Shown here in pieces: positions 42,219 to 55,000 of a stretch of 64,000 bases of DNA (the first letter of the stretch is position 1; the number at the start of each line of letters is the position of its first letter). Origin of the DNA: Eledone cirrhosa (taxonomy: Eukaryota); NCBI GenBank assembly GCA_964016885.1, contig OZ024741.1, positions 249,612,001-249,676,000 of the forward strand, written 5' to 3'. The notes below the pieces were generated by a model. The model saw nothing but the letters and a program-made list of their open reading frames with translations. It was not told where the DNA came from and made no database searches. The position numbers were made by a program, and so were the translations under genes.

Positions 42219-44875
42219 AATTTCCCGCCAGCCAAGGAGAGATAACATTTAAAAAAATCAGGCGGAGATAATTTGTAAAAAAATCAGGGGGAGATAATTT
42301 GTAAAAAAAAATCAGGGGTAGATAATTTCCAGCCGTCCAAGGGGAGATAATTTCCATCCTTCCAAGGGGAGATAATTTCCAGCCGTCCAAGGGGAGATAA
42401 TTTCCCGCCAGCCAAGGAGAGATAATATTTAAAAAAATCAGGCGGAGATAATTTGTAAAAAAAATCAGGGGGAGATAATTTGTAAAAAAATCAGGGGGAG
42501 ATAATTTGTAAAAAAAAATCAGGGGGAGATAATTTGTAAAAAAAAATCAGGGGGAGATAATTTGTAAAAAAAAATCAGGGGTAGATAATTTGTAAAAAAA
42601 AATCAGGGTGAGATAATTTGTAAAAGAAAAATCAGGGGGAGATAATTTGTAAAAAAATCAAGGGGAGATAATTTCCAGCCGTCCAAGGGGAGATAATTTT
42701 CAGCCGTCCAAGGAGAGGTAATTTCTAGCCGTCCAAGGGGAGATAATTTCCAGCCGTCCAAGGGGAGATAATTTTTTTAAAAAAATCAGGCGGAGATAAT
42801 TTGTAAACAAAAATCAGGGGGAGATAATTTGTAAAAAAAAATCAGGGGGAGATAATTTGTAAAAAAAAATCAGGGGGAGATAATTTGTAAAAAAAATCAA
42901 GGGGAGATAATTTGTCAAAAAAAATCAGGGGTAGATAATTTGTAAAAAAAAATCAGGGGGAGATAATTTGTAAAAAAAAAATCAGGGGGAGATAATTTGT
43001 AAAAAAATCAAGGGGAGATAATTTCCAGCCGTCCAAGGGGAGATAATTTTCAGCCGTCCAAGGAGAGGTAATTTCTAGCCGTCCAAGGCGAGATAATTTC
43101 CAGCCAGCCAAGGGGAGATAATTTGTAAAAAAATCAGGGGTAGATAATTTGTAAAAAAAAATCAGGGGGAGATAATTTGTAAAAAAAATCAGGGGGAGAT
43201 AATTTGTAAAAAAAATCAGGGGTAGATAATTTCCAGCCGTCCAAGGGGAGATAATTTCCATCCTTCCAAGGGGAGATAATTTCCAGCCGTCCAAGGGGAG
43301 ATAATTTCCCGCCAGCCAAGGAGAGATAACATTTAAAAAAATCAGTCGGAGATAATTTGTAAAAAAAATCAGGGGGAGATAATTTGTAAAAAAATCAGGG
43401 GGAGATAATTTGTAAAAAAAATCAGGGGTAGATAATTTCCAGCCGTCCAAGGGGAGATAATTTCCATCCTTCCAAGGGGAGATAATTTCCAGCCGTCCAA
43501 GGGGAGATAATTTCCCGCCAGCCAAGGAGAGATAATATTTAAAAAAATCAGGCGGAGATAATTTGTAAAAAAAATCAGGGGGAGATAATTTGTAAAAAAA
43601 TCAGGGGGAGATAATTTGTAAAAAAAAATCAGGGGAGATAATTTGTAAAAAAAATCAGGGGGAGATAATTTGTAAAAAAAAATCAGGGGTAGATAATTTG
43701 TAAAAAAAAATCAGGGGGAGATAATTTGTAAAAAAAAAATCAGGGGGAGATAATTTGTAAAAAAATCAAGGGCAGATAATTTCCAGCCGTCCAAGGGGAG
43801 ATAATTTTCAGCCGTCCAAGGAGGTAATTTCTAGCCGTCCAAGGGGAGATAATTTCCAGCCGTCCAAGGGGAGATAATTTTTTTAAAAAAATCAGGCGGA
43901 GATAATTTGTAAACAAAAATCAGGGGGAGATAATTTGTAAAAAAAAATCAGGGGGAGATAATTTGTAAAAAAAAATCAGGGGGAGATAATTTGTAAAAAA
44001 AATCAAGGGGAGATAATTTCCAGCCGTCCAAGGGGAGGTAATATCTAGCCATCCAAGGGGAGATAATTTCCAGCCGTCCAAGGGGAGATAATTTCCAGCC
44101 GTCCAAGGGGAGATAATATCCAGCCGTCCAAGGAGACATATTTTCCAGCCGTCCAAGGAGAGGTAATTTCTAGCCGTCCAAGGGGAGATAAGTTCCAGCC
44201 TCCAAGGGGAGATAATTTCCAGCCAGCCAAGGGGAGATAATTTGTAAAAAAATCAGGGGGAGATAATTTGTAAAAAAAAAATCAGGGGCAGATAATTTGT
44301 AAAAAAATCAGGGGGAGATAATTTGTAAAAAAAATCAGGGGGAGATAATTTGTAGAAAAAATCAGGGGTAGATAATTTGTAAAAAAAATCAGGGGGAGAT
44401 AATTTGTAAAAAAAATCAGGGGGAGATAATTTGTAAAAAAAATCAGGGGTAGATAATTTTCAGCCGTCCAAGGGGAGATAATTTCCATCCTTCCAAGGGG
44501 AGATAATTTCCAGCCGTCCAAGGGGAGATAATTTCCCGCCAGCCAAGGAGAGATAACATTTAAAAAATCAGGCGGAGATAATTTGTAAAAAAAATCAGGG
44601 GGAGATAATTTGTAAAAAAATCAGGGGGAGATAATTTGTAAAAAAAATCAGGGGTAGATAATTTCCAGCCGTCCAAGGGGAGATAATTTCCATCCTTCCA
44701 AGGGGAGATAATTTCCAGCCGTCCAAGGGGAGATAATTTCCCGCCAGCCAAGGAGAGATAATATTTAAAAAAATCAGGCGGAGATAATTTGTAAAAAAAA
44801 TCAGGGGGAGATAATTTGTAAAAAAATCAGGGGGAGATAATTTGTAAAAAAAAATCAGGGGGAGATAATTTGTAA
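42100..44875. repeat. ~2.8 kb copy of ~25100-27880 (offset 16995)
   Basis: Offsets: 25958->42953, 26925->43920, 27287->44282. Shared variants CAGGGTGAG, GTCAAAAA, AAGGCGAG, CAGTCGGAG, AAGGGCAG and GGGGCAG. Confidence 0.9.
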
Positions 44876-47800
44876 AAAAAATCAGGGGGAGATAATTTGT
44901 AAAAAAAATCAGGGGTAGATAATTTGTAAAAAAAAATCAGGGGGAGATAATTTGTAAAAAAAAAATCAGGGGGAGATAATTTGTAAAAAAATCAAGGGGA
45001 GATAATTTCCAGCCGTCCAAAGGGAGATAATTTTCAGCCGTCCAAGGAGGTAATTTCTAGCCGTCCAAGGGGAGATAATTTCCAGCCGTCCAAGGGGAGA
45101 TAATTTTTTTAAAAAAATCAGGCGGAGATAATTTGTAAACAAAAATCAGGGGGAGATAATTTGTAAAAAAAAATCAGGGGGAGATAATTTGTAAAAAAAA
45201 ATCAGGGGGAGATAATTTGTAAAAAAAATCAAGGGGAGATAATTTCCAGCCGTCCAAGGGGAGGTAATATCTAGCCATCCAAGGGGAGATAATTTCCAGC
45301 CGTCCAAGGGGAGATAATTTCCAGCCGTCCAAGGGGAGATAATATCCAGCCGTCCAAGGAGACATATTTTCCAGCCGTCCAAGGAGAGGTAATTTCTAGC
45401 CGTCCAAGGGGAGATAAGTTCCAGCCTCCAAGGGGAGATAATTTCCAGCCAGCCAAGGGGAGATAATTTGTAAAAAAATCAGGGGGAGATAATTTGTAAA
45501 AAAAAAATCAGGGGGAGATAATTTGTAAAAAAATCAGGGGGAGATAATTTGTAAAAAAAAATCAGGGGGAGATAATTTGTAAAAAAAATCAGGGGGAGAT
45601 AATTTGTAAAAAAAATCAGGGGTAGATAATTTGTAAAAAAAATCAGGGGGAGATAATTTGTAAAAAAAATCAGGGGGAGATAATTTGTAAAAAAAATCAG
45701 GGGTAGATAATTTTCAGCCGTCCAAGGGGAGATAATTTCCATCCTTCCAAGGGGAGATAATTTCCAGCCGTCCAAGGGGAGATAATTTCCCGCCAGCCAA
45801 GGAGAGATAACATTTAAAAAAATCAGGCGGAGATAATTTGTAAAAAAAATCAGGGGGAGATAATTTGTAAAAAAATCAGGGGGAGATAATTTGTAAAAAA
45901 AATCAGGGGTAGATAATTTCCAGCCGTCCAAGGGGAGATAATTTCCATCCTTCCAAGGGGAGATAATTTCCAGCCGTCCAAGGGGAGATAATTTCCCGCC
46001 AGCCAAGGAGAGATAATATTTAAAAAAATCAGGCGGAGATAATTTGTAAAAAAAATCAGGGGGAGATAATTTGTAAAAAAATCAGGGGGAGATAATTTGT
46101 AAAAAAAAATCAGGGGGAGATAATTTGTAAAAAAAATCAGGGGGAGATAATTTGTAAAAAAAAATCAGGGGTAGATAATTTGTAAAAAAAAATCAGGGGG
46201 AGATAATTTGTAAAAAAATCAAGGGGAGATAATTTCCAGCCGTCCAAGGGGAGATAATTTTCAGCCGTCCAAGGAGAGGTAATTTCTAGCCGTCCAAGGG
46301 GAGATAATTTCCAGCCGTCCAAGGGGAGATAATTTTTTAAAAAAATCAGGCGGAGATAATTTGTAAACAAAAATCAGGGGGAGATAATTTGTAAAAAAAA
46401 ATCAGGGGGAGATAATTTGTAAAAAAAAATCAGGGGGAGATAATTTGTAAAAAAAATCAAGGGGAGATAATTTCCAGCCGTCCAAGGGGAGGTAATATCT
46501 AGCCATCCAAGGGGAGATAATTTCCAGCCGTCCAAGGGGAGATAATTTCCAGCCGTCCAAGGGGAGATAATATCCAGCCGTCCAAGGAGACATATTTTCC
46601 AGCCGTCCAAGGAGACGTAATTTCTAGCCGTCCAAGGGGAGATAAGTTCCAGCCTCCAAGGGGAGATAATTTCCAGCCAGCCAAGGGGAGATAATTTGTA
46701 AAAAAATTAGGGGGAGATAATTTGTAAAAAAAAATTAGGGGGAGATAATTTGTAAAAAAAAATCAGGGGGAGATAATTTGTAAAAAAAAATCAGGGGGAG
46801 ATAATTTGTAAAAAAAATCAAGGGGAGATAATTTCCAGCCGTCCAAGGGGAGATAATTTTCAGCCGTCCAAGGAGAGGTAAATTCTAGCCGTCCAAGGAG
46901 ATATAATTTCCAGCCGTCCAAGGGGAGATAATTTCCAGCCGTCCAAGGGGAGATAATTTTTAAAAAAAAATCAGGCGGAGATAATTTGTAAACAAAAATC
47001 AGGGGGAGATAATTTTTAAAAAAAAATCAGGGGGAGATAATTTGTAAAAAAAAATCAGGGGGAGATAATTTGTAAAAAAAATCAAGGGGAGATAATTTCC
47101 AGCCGTCCAAGGGGAGGTAATATCTAGCCATCCAAGGGGAGATAATTTCCAGCCGTCCAAGGGGAGATAATTTCCAGCCGTCCAAGGGGAGATAATATCC
47201 AGCCGTCCAAGGAGACATATTTTCCAGCCGTCCAAGGAGAGGTAATTTCTAGCCGTCCAAGGGGAGATAAGTTCCAGCCTCCAAGGGGAGATAATTTCCA
47301 GCCAGCCAAGGGGAGATAATTTGTAAAAAAATCAGGGGGGAGATAATTTGTAAAAAAAATCAGGGGGAGATAATTTGAAAAAAAAATCAGGGGGAGATAA
47401 TTTGTAAAAAATATCAAGGGGAGATAATTTCCAGCCGTCCAAGGGGAGATAATTTCCAGCCGTCCAAGGGGAGATAATTTTTTTAAAAAAATCAGGCGGA
47501 GATAATTTGTAAACAAAAATCAGGGGGAGATAATTTGTAAAAAAAAATCAGGGGGAGATAATTTGTAAAAAAAATCAAGGGGAGATAATTTCCAGCCGTC
47601 CAAGGGGAGGTAATATCTAGCCATCCAAAGGGAGATAATTTCCAGCCGTCCAAGGGGAGATAATTTCCAGCCGTCCAAGGGGAGATAATATCCAGCCGTC
47701 CAAGGAGACATATTTTCCAGCCGTCCAAGGAGAGGTAATTTCTAGCCGTCCAAGGGGAGATAAGTTCCAGCCTCCAAGGGGAGATAATTTCCAGCCAGCC

Positions 47801-50800
47801 AAGGGGAGATAATTTGTAAAAAAATCAGGGGGAGATAATTTGTAAAAAAAAAATCAGGGGGAGATAATTTGTAAAAAAATCAGGGGGAGATAATTTGTAA
47901 AAAAAAAATCAGGGGGAGATAATTTGTAGAAAAAATCAGGGGTTGATAATTTGTAAAAAAAATCAGGGGGAGATAATTTGTAAAAAAAATCAGGGGGAGA
48001 TAATTTGTAAAAGAAATCAGGGGTAGATAATTTTCAGTCGTCCAAGGGGAGATAATTTCCATCCTTCCAAGGGGAGATAATTTCCAGCCGTCCAAGGGGA
48101 GATAATTTCCCGCCAGCCAAGGAGAGATAACATTTAAAAAAATCAGGCGGAGATAATTTGTAAAAAAAATCAGGGGGAGATAATTTGTAAAAAAATCAGG
48201 GGGAGATAATTTGTAAAAAAAATCAGGGGTAGATAATTTCCAGCCGTCCAAGGGGAGATAATTTCCATCCTTCCAAGGGGAGATAATTTCCAGCCGTCCA
48301 AGGGGAGATAATTTCCCGCCAGCCAAGGAGAGATAATATTTAAAAAAATCAGGCGGAGATAATTTGTAAAAAAAATCAGGGGGAGATAATTTGTAAAAAA
48401 ATCAGGGGGAGATAATTTGTAAAAAAAAATCAGGGGGAGATAATTTGTAAAAAAAATCAGGGGGAGATAATTTGTAAAAAAAAATCAGGGGTAGATAATT
48501 TGTAAAAAAAAATCAGGGGGAGATAATTTGTAAAAAAAAATCAGGGGGAGATAATTTGTAAAAAAATCAAGGGGAGATAATTTCCAGCCGTCCAAGGGGA
48601 GATAATTTTCAGCCGTCCAAGGAGAGGTAATTTCTAGCCGTCCAAGGGGAGATAATTTCCAGCCGTCCAAGGGGAGATAATTTTTTTAAAAAAATCAGGC
48701 GGAGATAATTTGTAAACAAAAATCAGGGGGAGATAATTTGTAAAAAAAAATCAGGGGGAGATAATTTGTAAAAAAAAATCAGGGGGAGATAATTTGTAAA
48801 AAAAATCAAGGGGAGATAATTTCCAGCCGTCCAAGGGGAGGTAATATCTAGCCATCCAAGGGGAGATAATTTCCAGCCGTCCATGGGGAGATAATTTCCA
48901 GACGTCCAAGGGGAGATAATATCCAGCCGTCCAAGGAGACATATTTTCCAGCCGTCCAAGGAGAGGTAATTTCTAGCCGTCCAAGGGGAGATAAGTTCCA
49001 GCCTCCAAGGGGAGATAATTTCCAGCCAGCCAAGGGGAGATAATTTGTAAAAAAATCAGGGGGAGATAATTTGTAAAAAAAAAATCAGGGGGAGATAATT
49101 TGTAAAAAAATCAGGGGGAGATAATTTGTAAAAAAAAATCAGGGGGAGATAATTTGTAAAAAAAATCAGGTGGAGATAATTTGTAAAAAAAATCAGGGGT
49201 AGATAATTTGTAAAAAAAATCAGGGGGAGATAATTTGTAAAAAAAATCAGGGGGAGATAATTTGTAAAAAAAATCAGGGGTAGATAATTTTCAGCCGTCC
49301 AAGGGGAGATAATTTCCATCCTTCCAAGGGGAGATAATTTCCAGCCGTCCAAGGGGAGATAATTTCCCGCCAGCCAAGGAGAGATAACATTTAAAAAAAT
49401 CAGGCGGAGATAATTTGTAAAAAAAATCAGGGGGAGATAATTTGTAAAAAAATCAGGGGGAGATAATTTGTAAAAAAAATCAGGGGTAGATAATTTCCAG
49501 CCGTCCAAGGGGAGATAATTTCCATCCTTCCAAGGGGAGATAATTTCCAGCCGTCCAAGGGGAGATAATTTCCCGCCAGCCAAGGAGAGATAATATTTAA
49601 AAAAATCAGGCGGAGATAATTTGTAAAAAAAATCAGGGGGAGATAATTTGTAAAAAAATCAGGGGGAGATAATTTGTAAAAAAAAATCAGGGGGAGATAA
49701 TTTGTAAAAAAAATCAGGGGGAGATAATTTGTAAAAAAAAATCAGGGGTAGATAATTTGTAAAAAAAAATCAGGGGGAGATAATTTGTAAAAAAATCAAG
49801 GGGAGATAATTTCCAGCCGTCCAAGGGGAGATAATTTTCAGCCGTCCAAGGAGAGGTAATTTCTAGCCGTCCAAGGGGAGATAATTTCCAGCCGTCCAAG
49901 GGGAGATAATTTTTTAAAAAAATCAGGCGGAGATAATTTGTAAACAAAAATCAGGGGGAGATAATTTGTAAAAAAAAATCAGGGGGAGATAATTTGTAAA
50001 AAAAAATCAGGGGGAGATAATTTGTAAAAAAAATCAAGGGGAGATAATTTCCAGCCGTCCAAGGGGAGGTAATATCTAGCCATCCAAGGGGAGATAATTT
50101 CCAGCCGTCCAAGGGGAGATAATTTCCAGCCGTCCAAGGGGAGATAATATCCAGCCGTCCAAGGAGACATATTTTCCAGCCGTCCAAGGAGACGTAATTT
50201 CTAGCCGTCCAAGGGGAGATAAGTTCCAGCCTCCAAGGGGAGATAATTTCCAGCCAGCCAAGGGGAGATAATTTGTAAAAAAATTAGGGGGAGATAATTT
50301 GTAAAAAAAAATTAGGGGGAGATAATTTGTAAAAAAAAATCAGGGGGAGATAATTTGTAAAAAAAAATCAGGGGGAGATAATTTGTAAAAAAAATCAAGG
50401 GGAGATAATTTCCAGCCGTCCAAGGGGAGATAATTTTCAGCCGTCCAAGGAGAGGTAAATTCTAGCCGTCCAAGGAGATATAATTTCCAGCCGTCCAAGG
50501 GGAGATAATTTCCAGCCGTCCAAGGGGAGATAATTTTTTAAAAAAAATCAGGCGGAGATAATTTGTAAACAAAAATCAGGGGGAGATAATTTTTAAAAAA
50601 AAATCAGGGGGAGATAATTTGTAAAAAAAATCAAGGGGAGATAATTTCCAGCCGTCCAAGGGGAGGTAATATCTAGCCATCCAAGGGGAGATAATTTCCT
50701 GCCGTCCAAGGGGAGATAATTTCCAGCCGTCCAAGGGGAGATAATATCCAGCCGTCCAAGGAGACATATTTTCCAGCCGTCCAAGGAGAGGTAATTTCTA

Positions 50801-52064
50801 GCCGTCCAAGGGGAGATAAGTTCCAGCCTCCAAGGGGAGATAATTTCCAGCCAGCCAAGGGGAGATAATTTGTAAAAAAATCAGGGGGGAGATAATTTGT
50901 AAAAAAAATCAGGGGGAGATAATTTGAAAAAAAAATCAGGGGGAGATAATTTGTAAAAAATATCAAGGGGAGATAATTTCCAGCCCTCCAAGGGGCTATA
51001 ATTTCCAGCCGTGCAAGGGGAGATAATTTCCAGCCGTCCAAGGGGAGATAATTTCCATCCTTCCAAGGGGAGATAATTTCCAGCCGTCCAAGGGGAGATA
51101 ATTTCCCGCCAGCCAAGGGAAGATAATTTTTTAAAAAATCAGGCGGAGATTGTAAAAAAAATCAGGGGGAGATAATTTGTAAAAAAAATCAGGGGGAGAT
51201 AATTTGTAAAAAAAATCAGGGGGAGATAATTTGTAAAAAAAATCAGGGGTAGATAATTTTCAGCCGTCCAAGGGGAGATAATTTCCATCCTTCCAAGGGG
51301 AGATAATTTCCAGCCGTCCAAGGGGAGATAATTTCCATCCTTCCAAGGGGAGATAATTTCCAGCCGTCCAAGGGGAGATAATTTCCCGCCAGCCAAGGAG
51401 AGATAATATTTAAAAAAATCAGGCGGAGATAATTTGTAAAAAAAATCAGGGGGAGATAATTTGTAAAAAAATCAGGGGGAGATAATTTGTAAAAAAAAAT
51501 CAGGGGGAGATAATTTGTAAAAAAAATCAGGGGGAGATAATTTGTAAAAAAAAATCAGGGGTAGATAATTTGTAAAAAAAAATCAGGGGGAGATAATTTG
51601 TAAAAAAAAAATCAGGGGGAGATAATTTGTAAAAAAATCAAGGGGAGATAATTTCCAGCCGTCCAAGGGGAGATAATTTTCAGCCGTCCAAGGAGAGGTA
51701 ATTTCTAGCCGTCCAAGGGGAGATAATTTCCAGCCGTCCAAGGGGAGATAATTTTTTTAAAAAAATCAGGCGGAGATAATTTGTAAACAAAAATCAGGGG
51801 GAGATAATTTGTAAAAAAAAATCAGGGGGAGATAATTTGTAAAAAAAAATCAGGGGGAGATAATTTGTAAAAAAAATCAAGGGGAGATAATTTCCAGCCG
51901 TCCAAGGGGAGGTAATATCTAGCCATCCAAGGGGAGATAATTTCCAGCCGTCCAAGGGGAGATAATTTCCAGCCGTCCAAGGGGAGATAATATCCAGCCG
52001 TCCAAGGAGACATATTTTCCAGCCGTCCAAGGAGACGTAATTTCTAGCCGTCCAAGGGGAGATA
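44580..52064. repeat. ~7.5 kb copy of ~30260-37770 (offset 14322, then 14294 after loss of one 28-bp monomer)
   Basis: Offsets: 30824->45146, 31157->45479, 36254->50576 (14322); 36845->51139 (14294). Confidence 0.85.
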
Positions 52065-55000
52065 AGTTCCAGCCTCCAAGGGGAGATAATTTCCAGCCAG
52101 CCAAGGGGAGATAATTTGTAAAAAAATCAGGGGGAGATAATTTGTAAAAAAAAAATCAGGGGGAGATAATTTGTAAAAAAATCAGGGGGAGATAATTTGT
52201 AAAAAAAAATCAGGGGGAGATAATTTGTAAAAAAAATCAGGGGGAGATAATTTGTAAAAAAAATCAGGGGTAGATAATTTGTAAAAAAAATCAGGGGGAG
52301 ATAATTTGTAAAAAAAATCAGGGGGAGATAATTTGTAAAAAAAATCAGGGGTAGATAATTTTCAGCCGTCCAAGGGGAGATAATTTCCATCCTTCCAAGG
52401 GGAGATAATTTCCAGCCGTCCAAGGGGAGATAATTTCCCGCCAGCCAAGGAGAGATAACATTTAAAAAAATCAGGCGGAGATAATTTGTAAAAAAAATCA
52501 GGGGGAGATAATTTGTAAAAAAATCAGGGGGAGATAATTTGTAAAAAAAATCAGGGGTAGATAATTTCCAGCCGTCCAAGGGGAGATAATTTCCATCCTT
52601 CCAAGGGGAGATAATTTCCAGCCGTCCAAGGGGAGATAATTTCCCGCCAGCCAAGGAGAGATAATATTTAAAAAAATCAGGCGGAGATAATTTGTAAAAA
52701 AAATCAGGGGGAGATAATTTGTAAAAAAATCAGGGGGAGATAATTTGTAAAAAAAAATCAGGGGGAGATAATTTGTAAAAAAAATCAGGGGGAGATAATT
52801 TGTAAAAAAAAATCAGGGGTAGATAATTTGTAAAAAAAAATCAGGGGGAGATAATTTGTAAAAAAATCAAGGGGAGATAATTTCCAGCCGTCCAAGGGGA
52901 GATAATTTTCAGCCGTCCAAGGAGAGGTAATTTCTAGCCGTCCAAGGGGAGATAATTTCCAGCCGTCCAAGGGGAGATAATTTTTTAAAAAAATCAGGCG
53001 GAGATAATTTGTAAACAAAAATCAGGGGGAGATAATTTGTAAAAAAAAATCAGGGGGAGATAATTTGTAAAAAAAAATCAGGGGGAGATAATTTGTAAAA
53101 AAAATCAAGGGGAGATAATTTCCAGCCGTCCAAGGGGAGGTAATATCTAGCCATCCAAGGGGAGATAATTTCCAGCCGTCCAAGGGGAGATAATTTCCAG
53201 CCGTCCAAGGGGAGATAATATCCAGCCGTCCAAGGAGACATATTTTCCAGCCGTCCAAGGAGACGTAATTTCTAGCCGTCCAAGGGGAGATAAGTTCCAG
53301 CCTCCAAGGGGAGATAATTTCCAGCCAGCCAAGGGGAGATAATTTGTAAAAAAATTAGGGGGAGATAATTTGTAAAAAAAAATTAGGGGGAGATAATTTG
53401 TAAAAAAAAATCAGGGGGAGATAATTTGTAAAAAAAAATCAGGGGGAGATAATTTGTAAAAAAAATCAAGGGGAGATAATTTCCAGCCGTCCAAGGGGAG
53501 ATAATTTTCAGCCGTCCAAGGAGAGGTAAATTCTAGCCGTCCAAGGAGATATAATTTCCAGCCGTCCAAGGGGAGATAATTTCCAGCCGTCCAAGGGGAG
53601 ATAATTTTTAAAAAAAAATCAGGCGGAGATAATTTGTAAACAAAAATCAGGGGGAGATAATTTTTAAAAAAAAATCAGGGGGAGATAATTTGTAAAAAAA
53701 AATCAGGGGGAGATAATTTGTAAAAAAAATCAAGGGGAGATAATTTCCAGCCGTCCAAGGGGAGGTAATATCTAGCCATCCAAGGGGAGATAATTTCCAG
53801 CCGTCCAAGGGGAGATAATTTCCAGCCGTCCAAGGGGAGATAATATCCAGCCGTCCAAGGAGACATATTTTCCAGCCGTCCAAGGAGAGGTAATTTCTAG
53901 CCGTCCAAGGGGAGATAAGTTCCAGCCTCCAAGGGGAGATAATTTCCAGCCAGCCAAGGGGAGATAATTTGTAAAAAAATCAGGGGGGAGATAATTTGTA
54001 AAAAAAATCAGGGGGAGATAATTTGAAAAAAAAATCAGGGGGAGATAATTTGTAAAAAATATCAAGGGGAGATAATTTCCAGCCGTCCAAGGGGAGATAA
54101 TTTCCAGCCGTCCAAGGGGAGATAATTTTTTTAAAAAAATCAGGCGGAGATAATTTGTAAACAAAAATCAGGGGGAGATAATTTGTAAAAAAAAATCAGG
54201 GGGAGATAATTTGTAAAAAAAATCAAGGGGAGATAATTTCCAGCCGTCCAAGGGGAGGTAATATCTAGCCATCCAAAGGGAGATAATTTCCAGCCGTCCA
54301 AGGGGAGATAATTTCCAGCCGTCCAAGGGGAGATAATATCCAGCCGTCCAAGGAGACATATTTTCCAGCCGTCCAAGGAGAGGTAATTTCTAGCCGTCCA
54401 AGGGGAGATAAGTTCCAGCCTCCAAGGGGAGATAATTTCCAGCCAGCCAAGGGGAGATAATTTGTAAAAAAATCAGGGGGAGATAATTTGTAAAAAAAAA
54501 ATCAGGGGGAGATAATTTGTAAAAAAATCAGGGGGAGATAATTTGTAAAAAAAAAATCAGGGGGAGATAATTTGTAGAAAAAATCAGGGGTTGATAATTT
54601 GTAAAAAAAATCAGGGGGAGATAATTTGTAAAAAAAATCAGGGGGAGATAATTTGTAAAAGAAATCAGGGGTAGATAATTTTCAGTCGTCCAAGGGGAGA
54701 TAATTTCCATCCTTCCAAGGGGAGATAATTTCCAGCCGTCCAAGGGGAGATAATTTCCCGCCAGCCAAGGAGAGATAACATTTAAAAAAATCAGGCGGAG
54801 ATAATTTGTAAAAAAAATCAGGGGGAGATAATTTGTAAAAAAATCAGGGGGAGATAATTTGTAAAAAAAATCAGGGGTAGATAATTTCCAGCCGTCCAAG
54901 GGGAGATAATTTCCATCCTTCCAAGGGGAGATAATTTCCAGCCGTCCAAGGGGAGATAATTTCCCGCCAGCCAAGGAGAGATAATATTTAAAAAAATCAG

